Assembly (NCBI RefSeq): GCF_006345805.1
Contig: NC_042998.1
Coordinates: 148,924,001 to 148,988,000, forward strand
Direction of reading: 5' to 3'
Length of the DNA stretch: 64,000 nucleotides
Source: Octopus sinensis
Lineage: Eukaryota
Below, one piece after another: positions 53,230 to 64,000 of this stretch. The notes below the pieces were generated by a model, which was given only the letters and a program-made list of their open reading frames with translations, did no database searches and had not been told where the DNA came from. Position 1 is the first letter of the stretch; every line of letters starts with the position of its first letter. The position numbers and the translations under genes were made by a program.

Positions 53230-53860
53230 ATGATTTCCTTCGTGAAGTGGCCTTCCATAGCGAACAGTATAGCTGCATAACTGGAGAGCGAACAGCCCAT
53301 GCTACAGTTAAGAAAAACTGAGAGAAGGAAGTTGCTCTATCGCTCTCAGGATATTTCAGCTGGAACGGCTAGAAAGACAATTATATGTTGATACGTGTCT
53401 TTAAAAAGTCATCACCTGGAAAAAGTGACGCACCAACAAGTGAAGAGGTTTCACCATAATATATGGCAAGGCATCTGTCACATATCCAGAGCAAAGCAGT
53501 TTGGTGGGGTTGACGTTATATTTGAGGGGTGAAGTGTTCGCTCTCCTTTCTACGTACGTGGAAAAGGAACAGTCAGATTAAGAAAATCGGATCTGAATCT
53601 CTGGTGGATGCGAACAAGTGTTGTACCGGAAAGGAGCGATGCTCTCCTGAATACAAAAATGTCGAAGCTAGAGAATTGGTCTGGGACTATACTGGAGATC
53701 CTTCTCCAAGTTAAACTGGGACACATAAAAAGAATTCCAGACCTCATCTCTTTGCAGATGAGTTGAGAAAAGAAGGCCCAAGTTACCTTTATGTGGTACC
53801 AGCGACCATCCGAGATATCCCTGCCCACAAAACTAAAACAGGACAAGGGAAAGAAAGGGA
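53230..53860 (+). mobile_element. Very old RTE-clade LINE remnant
   Basis: Across shifting frames: LRTWKRN, NL..RTSVV.ERSDALLNTKM.KLE, DYT..ILLQVK, KRR. These are in the order of the RTE post-RT motifs (KIWKS, LF.A.VESVL.YGSE.WTLTK, LDGTYTRLL, RRL). Confidence 0.5.
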
Positions 53861-54795
53861 CCAATGCCGCAACAACAGCGTGCAATAGCATAAGTAGCGG
53901 AAGCAGCAGCAGCAGCAACAGCAGGAGCAAGGAAAGGAACAGCAATAATAACATCAAAACGAACATTAACATAGCAACTGCACCAGTGGCACCAGGTACA
54001 TTAACAATATTGTCCGCAATAGCACCTCAGTGTCATCATCACAGAAGAATTGTCAGTCATGAGAAAATCCAACCCAGCGCGCGCACACACACATACACAC
54101 ACACACTGTCCCTCTCTCTTTCTCTGTCTTTCTCTCTTCTCTTTTCCCTCTTTCTACATATATATATGTATATATATATATATGAACGTTATCTACATAT
54201 GTCAAAGCTGTTTAGAGATCGCTTGGCAGATGTCTACTGCCAAATGGGACAGTTCGCAGTTCTGTGAGCTGAGAAGTGTAGATTCTGACGAATAAGGACC
54301 CAGGTTATAAATTTATGGATGATGGTTCATTTTCTTTCGTTTTTTTTTTCTCTTCCTGAGGAAGCGCGATTACGTAAGTTCTGGCTAAACAATACAGCTT
54401 ACTCAGATTGAGCTTTGCATTGTTTTCTAATCCTAAGTCAATTCACAATTGCAAAACACGGAATTGATTTTTGATTTTGTGGCAACTGATGATTAGTTGA
54501 TGATGTCGTTACTGTACTTCTTGCTTTTCTCGATGTTGCTGTCTTTGCCGAGATGTTTTGTCATAAAATCTGAGTGGATTTCACGTGTGCTTTTGTTTCT
54601 AATTATAACATCGAGCTCAGTACGTAACTGGGACCTTATATAATCAAACTCGGAGGGCAAAAGGTAACGTTATTCTCTGAAGGATTTAGGTTCAAAATGC
54701 AAAGAGCGGGAATGTATACCACAAAGCATTTGTCCGACCCACTAACGATTCTACCTGCTAAATAATAATAACAATAATAATAATGATGATAATGA

Positions 54796-54850
<55 letters not shown>

Positions 54851-54883
54851 TGTAGTTGTAGTAGCAGCAGCAGTAGTAGTAGT

Positions 54884-55427
54884 AGATGCTCTGAGACTAT
54901 ACCAAGCAATGACTCTCATAACTTCTAATCTTAACTGATTGGAAGTGTTATGTACATGTTTTACCTTCGTCTAAAAGATGGGCTGCAGCAAATATTCTGC
55001 TCAATACACAAATTTGCTTGTCAATTACTTGACTCTAACCAACTGAGCGTGTCTCTTAGTGGCTGACGCTGTGTGCATCTCATGTTACGCGCAGGAATGA
55101 CGGGGAAGTATTATAACCATATGTTGAGTGGAATACTTTGGAGTTTGAATAAGTTACCTCTGGAAACACGAGTGTTTTGTTTGTTATCCATAAACGACCC
55201 TTATTCAAGGATCTTATGAGCAGGATGGGCTACTGAAACTGCAAGGTCATGGGCTGTTTATCTTAATATGACATCACTGTCTTGCGGACATATGCTTGTG
55301 ACGTATGTGTCTGGTGTACCCTTATCTAACGCGTAGTCATGACGGGTATAGTGGATTTTGTACGTTTGTATTCCAGTTTCACTTTAGAAGTATGCATTGC
55401 CCCCTCAGTAACAACAACAACAACAAC

Positions 55428-55473
<46 letters not shown>

Positions 55474-56012
55474 GATGCAGTATCAGGCAGTGGCTCTCAT
55501 GGCTTTTCATCTTAATTGATTGGAATTGTTATCATGTGCATTGTTTTCTCTTGGTATAAAAGATGGGTTACAGAAAATATTCCGCTCAATACCACAGATT
55601 TGCTTGTCAGTTGTTTGACCTTAACCAGTTGAGTGTGTTTCTTAGTAGCTGACGATTTATGCATCTCTGATCACGTGCAGTAGTGGGGAGCATCATAGCC
55701 ATGTGCTGAGAGGAATTCTTTGGGGTTTGAATAAAACACCTCTGGAAACATAGGTGTTTCGTTCAACATCCTTAAACAACTCTTATTCAGGGACCTTTTG
55801 AACGGGATGGTCTACTTGACCAGAAGAAAATTCTAACTAGGCCCCATCTTTAAAGTCATACGTTGTTTATGAGATCACCATTTTGTGCACATATGGTTTT
55901 CATGCATGTGTCTGATGTACACATATCAGATAGGTAGTCATGATGGGTATACTGGGCTTCGTATATTTTACCCCAGTGCCACTTTGATGTCATACACTGC
56001 TCTCTCACTCAA
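54884..56012 (+). mobile_element. Two tandem diverged copies (54884-55410, 55473-56012) of an about 530-bp repeat embedded in (AGT)n/(AAT)n
   Basis: Colinear similarity from AGATGC... to ...CTC(A/T)C(A/T)...AAT. The copies are separated by (AAC/AAT)n. Confidence 0.75.
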
Positions 56013-57334
56013 TAATGATAATAAAAGCGTGAATACAAAAAAAAAGGCAGTAACAATTATCAACAAAATCTAAACAATAAAATTCTTCCAGAAGGGAAGA
56101 GTTACACCCAGGGCCAACCAAGGAACCCCAATTGTCAAGGATACCCTAGGCAGGCACCTGTCTCATCGATATCCCCTCCGGCTTACAGGCGTATGTTCAG
56201 AGCAGTGTCATTCACACAGGCCATCCTCGTTACATTCAGCCACCTTTCGACAAAAAATACTTATGGTCAGCACTTCTCTCTCCACTTTCACTTTCTTTTT
56301 CAAGTGGAACTTGAAAAAGCGATGAAGGTTTGGCCGAAGAGGAAAGGGTCTGTCTTCAGTCCTTTCAACCACGTCCAAATAAGAAACATCGTCGTCATCA
56401 TCATCACCATAGCTGTCATCAACAGCAGTACAACCGTCCTCATTAGGAAAACCAGTACCAATAACGAAGACTTTTAAAAAAAATCCTTAACAGGAAAAAA
56501 AACAAACAGTAAAGAAAAAATCAAGAAATACAAAGAATAACAATGTTGCCATCACTAACAATAACAACAACAATAGCGTTCTCCGCCGACAACCACCAAC
56601 ATTACTAGCACCAACGCCATAAAAAGATGTTATTTCTATCTTTAACACCGTAAATATTAACATCATACCAACCCGTGATCCTCCTCCTCCGCCCATTCCT
56701 CCCCCTCCGCCTCTTCATCATCATCATCATCATCGGCACTATCTTCCTCTTGTTACTCCTCCTCCTCCTGCTCTTTTTCGTCTTGCTCCCTTCCCTCCTC
56801 CTCCTCCACCTCCTCCTCCACTTTATCATCGTCTTCAACGTCATCATCATCGTTGTCAACGTCATCATCATCATAATCATCATCATCATCGTCGTCGTCA
56901 CCGTCATCGTCGCCTTCATTATTGCAATCACACAAGTAATTACAAAATCGCAAACAATTAGAGCAACAATAGAACGACTATAGCAAGGACAATAACAAAA
57001 ACGAAAACAACAAAATAACCACGATTGAAACGCCAATAACGACAAACAATAACAATAAACAATATTAAAAGAGTAAAACGAATTGAAAACCTAACAAAAT
57101 GAAACTTTCTATCCAATCAACAACGATATCAGTGTATGCGTGTATGTGCGTGTAATGTGTTGTGTGTGTGTAATGTGTTGGTCTATTACAATTGTGGTTG
57201 CTGTTGCCGTGTGTATGTGTATATGTACGTATGTGTACGTATTTAGTTTGTATTATTATTTTCTTGCATGTTTGTTCAAGTATTGATGTTGTTATGACTA
57301 TATCTTACAGTAGCAATATTGTAAATGTCGCTTT

Positions 57335-57550
57335 TATGCGGCCAACTGGCAGAACTGTAAGCGCGCCGAGCAAAATGTTTAGCGGCGTTTCATTCATTTT
57401 TACGTTCTGAGTTCAAATTCTACCGAGGTTGAATTTGCCTTTCTTCATTTCTGTATCGATAATATACTTACCAGTTGAGTACTGGGGTCGATGTAATCGA
57501 TCTACCACCTACCCTAAAATTGCTATCCTTGTATCAAAAGTTGAAACCAA
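57335..57550 (+). mobile_element. SINE family A
   Basis: ACTGGCAGAACTGTAAGCGCGCCGAGCAAAATG...GAGTTCAAATT...TACTGGGGTCGATGTAATCG. Confidence 0.8.
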
Positions 57551-58747
57551 TTTCAAACCAATATAGTATGTTGTTATGTGTGTGTGTGTGTGTGGTGTGT
57601 GTGTGTGTGTGTGTGGTGTGTGTGTGTATTGTGTATGTATTGTGACAACATTGTACAATAATATTGTTATGCCATTGTGCTTTGTGTTGTGGTGACGTTA
57701 TAGCTATGTGTATACGTTGTGCTAAGTTATGTCAATGTTGTATAACAGTGTGTAATAAATTGTGTAATAAATAAGTTGTGTAATAAATTGCTCTGACAAT
57801 ATTGTAATTAGATGTGTTGTTGTCTGTATGTGCTTTGGTAATATTTGCCCTTGTTGTTATGCCTCTATATGCCTTGTGTATGGGATATATATGTTGTTGT
57901 TGCTGTTACTGTTGTTTAGTTTGTATGTATATGTGTAAATATATCTTAATAATACTAAAACACTAGAGATGCCTGTGTGTACCTGAAATATCTCAGAGAT
58001 AGTATATTTTTATCTTAATTCTTTTTGCATATTTATTTTCATACTTATCTTCTGTAGAGCAGTACAAATTTTTGTGATATCTAGACCTCTATTTATTAAT
58101 GAAAACGATTAAACACAATTTTTGTTTCTTATTTCTTGACGAAAAAAAAAACATGATTTCTGTGTCGTCGACACACATGCACACATACAGAATATACACA
58201 CATATAATGAATGTTACAGCGTGTCAATCGACACAAACACATGGCTGCTATCTGTGGCATATACACACACATAGTCTTCGCGTTCTCTAAGAAAAGAAAA
58301 ACGTCGACTTTTTGATGTACACAATATTTTAATCATTTAGAAATATCTTTAAGTGAATGTGATTTCAAAAATGTAACTTGTTTGTACAGTAAGTATTTAT
58401 ATTTTAGCTTTCTTTAAACAGACAATATTTTAATAGTTTTTATAATTATTTGCAAGTGAATGGCGACTATCGCTTGTTATCCGGAGTTCGTTAATTTCTG
58501 TAAAAACTTTTTATTTATTATTGTTTTAAAGTGAAAGAGAGGAAAAAGTGAAAGATGTATGTATGTGTATATGAAATGGACGTCTGTGTGTGAAAGAGAG
58601 AGAGAGAGAGAGAGGGGGGGAGAAGAGGGAGAAAAAGAGAGACAGACAGAAAGAGAGTGAGTGAAGGGATTTGCTGTCTTGTATACATACATACATACAT
58701 CAATTCATATGCATACGTCTTTTTTATATGCACGTGTGCATGTGTGT

Positions 58748-58788
<41 letters not shown>

Positions 58789-59523
58789 TGAGTGAGTGCA
58801 CGTGTGTGTTCTCATGTATGTGTAAGTGGTACTTTCTCCCTCTCTCTCTCACACACACGTCCATTTCATATACACGTTCATACCTCTTTCACTTTCTCTT
58901 TCACTTTAAACAAAGGTAAATAAATAAATAAAAATTTTACGGAAATTAACGAACAAGACCAGCTGATCCGTATGACAGTTTTGAGAGTCAAAGCGAAAGA
59001 TCGTTCCAAAGGGAATACCGTTACAAACATTTTTCGAGTGCATTCAACGTATCTCAGCTCCACAGATGTGATTGCTATTTCTAGCACGCCCTGCTACTAC
59101 ATAACAGCTATTTGCAATAAAGGACTCGAAATACTTGTTACTTGTTAGCAAGGCGTGCAAGAAATAGCAGCCAAATATTTCCTTTTCTGGGTAGGGGAAC
59201 CGTTTACGCGTGATTTCGATGTTACATACGTTGAAAGTATTCGAAATAACTCGGAAGAGAAAACAACACGAAACAAAACTCCGTTGCTGGGAAACTTAGA
59301 CTTTCCAGGTGACCCAATGGGTCATCTAGTCTAATATATATATATATACACATGCAGAGTTCGCCAAAAGTCACCTGGCAGCAAAGCAAATCCATTTAAT
59401 TCCAAGATTTATTTATGTTTAACAACTGAAACATCATGAAAACTGCTCAAACTGAAGTCCTTCTGGAAGTTTGCTTTATTGTCGGGTGACTTTTGGCCAA
59501 CCCTATATATGCATATATGTATA

Positions 59524-59612
<89 letters not shown>

Positions 59613-60387
59613 CACACACAGAGGCGAGCTTTTAAATTCCTGCAGGCACGCCACAAATATAAAATGTCAACCGACAAAATACTGTATGGGTAAAATGTTT
59701 TGACTTTCGAAATATATTCTTTTGACTGTCGCATTTGAATTTGACTTTACACGGTATTGTTATTTTGCACCTCAAAGCTATTGTACATTTCGACTTCATT
59801 TTTAAGAAAGCCTTCGACTGTTTTATAAATTTAATTTTAAGCTTAAGCTTCGCGGAGGTTCATTATTATTATTTTTATTTTTACTCACGTATTTAATTAT
59901 GTTACATCAAATCAATGTACAATGTCCTTATTTTACATTTTAATATTATACACACCGGACGGTTTTTTAAAATTGTTTGCATATATACGTTATGATGTAG
60001 ATATGTCTCTATATATTTATTTGTATGTATGTATATGCATGTATATGCATGTATGTGTATGTATATACATGTATGTATATGCATGTAGCACTCTCTGCCC
60101 CTAGCTATTTTCCCCTTTCTCTTGCTAGTTTTCTGTTCCTCTTTCTTTTATTTTATTTTCTTCTTCTCCATTGTTTTCTTCCTCCTCCTCATACTTAATA
60201 TTTTCTGATTTTTCCCTTCTATTTCTTTCACCTGTAACAACTAACTTGTATAAGCATACGCCAGGAGATTTTGTGCGCGTGCATGTGTGCGTACATATAT
60301 ATATATATCTTTCAAAATGTGACCGCGTGTGTATCGTTGGCGATTTTTTTCCTCTGTTTTCCCTTCCTTGGATCTTTCCTTTCCTGT

Positions 60388-60422
60388 GTTTCTGACGAAG
60401 AGCTCCGCTCGAAACGTTAAAT
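60388..60422 (+). ncRNA. Minimal type I hammerhead ribozyme with intact core, in a Penelope-like tail (about 60080-60525)
   Basis: GTTT CTGACGA A GAGC TCC GCTC GAAA CG TT AAAT. Confidence 0.75.
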
Positions 60423-60525
60423 CCTCCTTCTTTCTTTCCTTTCCTGAGCGTCCAATAACACTATACTTGTTCCACATCCTCATGTTGTTGTGTTTTCTCT
60501 TTGTGTTTTCATGCTTGGATTAACT

Positions 60526-60557
<32 letters not shown>

Positions 60558-60978
60558 TGCCTATATATATCTGTATATGTATGTAGCTATGTACATGCGT
60601 CTGTATGTTTTAGTGTGTATATGTATATTATAGATGGTTTGGTATGTGCATATACTGCTAAATGTATATGTAATCCAATGTGAAAAATTTTTTTAACGGA
60701 TATAGCTTTTAATGTAGCAACTGATTAATATTTTACAAATAATTATTTACTCTGGGTATTGAGACTCTGTCCTTCTTTATAAGCTATTTTTGATTTAAGG
60801 TTTTATTCGATTTTATAAAATGATATTATACCGAATTTTGTACATTGCATGCAACCAGTCCTTGTAAAGGCCATTAGTTGAAAGGACCAATGAAACATCA
60901 CCATTTTCAAATGTATATCCATTAAAATAATTGCTTATGTTTGCTTATAACCTTATTTTTGTTCCATTCTAAACAAAA

Positions 60979-61016
60979 CTGTCTGACGAACGGGAACGTG
61001 AATCACTGAGTAACAG
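60979..61016 (+). ncRNA. Type I hammerhead-like motif, second family, partly decayed
   Basis: CTGT CTGACGA ACG GGAA CGT GAAT CAC T GAG TA ACAG. Helices I and II are intact; GAAA is changed to GAAT and helix III has one mismatch. Confidence 0.6.
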
Positions 61017-61046
61017 CTTTTGCGATATTTTTGCTGCTTTTTAATA

Positions 61047-61116
<70 letters not shown>

Positions 61117-62774
61117 ATAAAAAGTTAAGAGGTATGGAAGTTGAATATATCTAACCACTAGATATCCATAGAATTACGGTCATTTCACACCCTTCACGTA
61201 ATTATAATTTCAGTGAAAAATGAATGCTTCCTTTAATATGTGAATACACAACTGTATATTCACAAATCAATGCAAATAAAGAAAGCTAGCACATGAGATC
61301 ACTAGAACATCATGATTACTCCAACTATTCTGCTCTGAGAATACATACAAAATATTTTCTTTCTATATACAATTTATGGAAGACTGAAAACTAGCTAAAA
61401 TTAGTTTGGTGTGGTCAGTAAAAATATGTTGTTTCTTGTCAATAAAGGTGCTAGATTCAGATGATTTATCATCCTTAATGTTAAAAAAAATGGAAGTGAT
61501 AAACAGAAGTAAAGTAGTTATAGTAAATACGAAAAAAGTAGTATTAAGAAGTACATAAAAACTACATAAAAATAACTTTAAGCAGCATATAAAAATATAG
61601 TACAAATGAATTAAATAGGAAGCAGACAGCTAGAGATAAAAAAGCTTGAACAAAGAAATAGTATTGGACAGCAGTAATTTTAAAATATAGTTTAAAGGCC
61701 GCACATAATGTCTTATGGACCTTAATTGTAATCAAATATTATAAACACACCACAAAATGGTTTCTAGCCTAATGTACTGTTGTGAACCCAAAACTGTACT
61801 CACACATACAGTGAAGTATATGCACAGAAGCATTAATATACTAAAAAAATACACGACCATACTCACACAACCGTATACTCTTATATCCATAGCCCACACG
61901 GAGACAAACATTAGCACACACACATAATCATACATACATACATACATACATACATACATACATACATACATACATACATAAGTATTAATATATACATGCA
62001 TATTAATAAATACATCTTTTATATATATAAAACTCAACTTGTGTGTCTGTGTGTGCATCTGTGTGCGTGTCTGTGTGTTTAACTTCCCGGCACATCTCCT
62101 CCTAGCCAACAAATCGTAGAACCACCAAAAATGGGTCACTTAAAGTTTAGGCAAATGAAAATTGAACTGCGCTATTTCTGTTCCGAAATTCATCTCACAA
62201 GTGCAAAAATCGATAATGTGTTTGTTTAGGTCTTATCCCATGCATTGAATAGTGAACTTTACTCAGTCTGCTGTTTGACGTGAACTGTGTTCACCACGCG
62301 TGCAAGCATGCGTAAATTGCATGAAAAATAAAAAATCAAGATATAAAAACGAATCGCCGTAAACATTGTAGAAATTTGGTAAATAAATGGATTTTCGGGG
62401 TGTAGCCTGGAGTGTTTTTTCGTATTAATCGTTTGGACTTTGTGAACACATACCAATTGTTTTCATAACATTTTTAATGCTTTGAATTAAATGTGACCAT
62501 TTTGCGTTGAGTCTGCAATTTGAATCACTTTAACCAAATTTTAGCAGGCCGGATTTTTGATCATCACGATACATCGCCAGCGACTCAATGAAACTCTCCC
62601 CTGAAATCCCCGTTGAGAAATCTATATATATAAAACTCAACTTGTGTGTCTGTGTGTGTATCTGTGTGTGTATCTGTGTGTGTATCTGTGTGTGTATCTG
62701 TGTGTGTGTCTGTGTGTTTAACTTTTGGATCTACCAAGTTTCATTATTAAGGATGGAAAGTAGTGTGTAGCAAA

Positions 62775-63148
62775 TCTCTATATATAAAGCTGAAGTTGTC
62801 TGTGTGTGGCAGGATTGGTAGCCCCTTCGAGACCTTGCAGCGCAAGTTGACCAAAATTAAGAGTATGATAGAAGAAGGCTTGCTCTTCATTCTGTAGAAG
62901 ATAAAATTCAAATCAGACCATGTTAACACCAAAAATTACTTACATCAAAAAGGTGCTTTTTTCTATGAAAATCCCTATTTTTTTTTACGATTTTTGACTG
63001 CTGTGTCACCATTTTTCGGTGTATTTCAACTGGAAAAATGTTCACTTGAAGAGAATAACAAGTTGCATAATGTAAAATTTTTACTTTACAAAAATTCCAA
63101 TTCTAAAGGGTCGAAACAAACCCAAGCAACACCGGGTGATACTGCTAG
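62775..63148 (+). mobile_element. Non-autonomous Helitron
   Basis: A|TCTCTATATATAAAG...ACCCAAGCAACACCGGGT GATACTG CTAG|T: 5' TC, 3' CTAG, a subterminal GC hairpin, insertion between A and T, and no TSD. Confidence 0.75.
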
Positions 63149-63849
63149 TGGATACATATACAGATACATGCATAATCACATATTTACATATACACATACA
63201 ATATAAACATACAAAATAGTGCATGCGTTACATATGGGTATTATAGACTGTAATACGTATTTTTCAACGGGTAATAAGTATTTTTACAAGTAGCAGATTA
63301 TCAAAATATGGTCTGATGCATTAGCTATTACAAGAGTGAGGCCAAATTATGATTAGCCAAAGTCGAGAATTATTCAGTTGCATTGATGTAGGTAATAAAT
63401 CTTATTGGTGTATGTGTAGTAATTAAGTGTAAATTTAGGTATAAGAACGATTTGTAATTAAGGTACTAGCATCTTAGAATGAATTCCTCACGCTGATTAA
63501 TTACATTTGATTTAATTTTATTAATATGGAACGCCTCAGATACAAAGAGCTCACACCAGCCACCGCCACATTTATATGGTTGCACATTACATACAAAAAA
63601 ATCTACATTTATACACAAAGATAAGGCTTTAAGCTTTATCTTTATGTCTAAATGTGGATTTGTGCTTACGCCAAAGAAGTTTGAATGAAGAAGAGGACGC
63701 ACTAATATAAACATGTTTCTTGATAGGGTGCATACACGCTATATTTTTCCTAAAGCACTTGTTATTAATGGGACACAAGGACCTATTACGAAAGTTACAT
63801 AAAGCAAAGTTAGCCTAATTATTTGTATTATCATTATCAATACTATTAT

Positions 63850-64000
63850 TAAGGCCGCGTGCTGGTAGAATCGATAATGCTTAGAGGTATTTCGTCCGTC
63901 ACTAGTTTTGAATTCAAATTCCACCGAGGTCGACTTTGCCTTTCATCCTTTCATGTAATCGACTAGTCCCTTCCCCATAAATTTCAGGCCTTGTGCCTTT
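63850..64000 (+). mobile_element. SINE family A (runs to the window end)
   Basis: GCTGGTAGAATCG...GAATTCAAATTCCACCGAGGTCGACTTTGCCTTTCATCCTTTC. Confidence 0.8.

Noticed and set aside
53770-53830. Laminin-G-like DISDGRWYHIKVTW on the minus strand
   Set aside because: The short match is antisense to a region better explained as a decayed RTE LINE, and no other LamG strands are nearby.
53401-54267. Long plus-strand frame broken only by two TGA codons (possible selenoprotein or readthrough)
   Set aside because: Motifs fit a frameshifted RTE remnant running into AGC/AAC repeats. No SECIS was identified and the TGAs are not in redox-like motifs.
54340-54382. Possible 13-nt micro-exon GAAGCGCGATTAC|GTAAGT
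   Set aside because: The acceptor is GAG (disfavoured at -3) and the length is not a multiple of three.

Overview
This is AT-rich, extremely repeat-dense animal genomic DNA. The SINE families and microsatellite load look like an octopod (Octopus-type) genome, which is an inference from memory. There is a 100-N scaffold gap at 37128-37227. No complete host gene is visible, and almost every ORF in the supplied track is a translation of microsatellite. Recognisable elements are: (1) a decayed CR1-group APE-RT LINE (41074-45390, minus) with a Myb/SANT-like plus CCCH ORF1 and a 997-bp solo LTR inserted in its endonuclease; (2) a 5'-truncated R4/Dong-type RLE retrotransposon; (3) RTE, hAT, Helitron and Penelope-like remnants; (4) at least four tRNA-derived SINE families; (5) several fold-back inversions; (6) a few weak exon candidates. 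The most interesting signal is about 15 hammerhead-ribozyme-like motifs from about four unrelated families. The best is a 355-bp non-coding tandem and inverted repeat (35005-36290) with one minimal type I hammerhead per unit at the tip of a long RNA rod, a candidate retrozyme/circular-RNA element. A second notable family has a 'split' hammerhead whose helix II encloses about 90 nt. All structures and homologies were read by eye; none was computed or searched.
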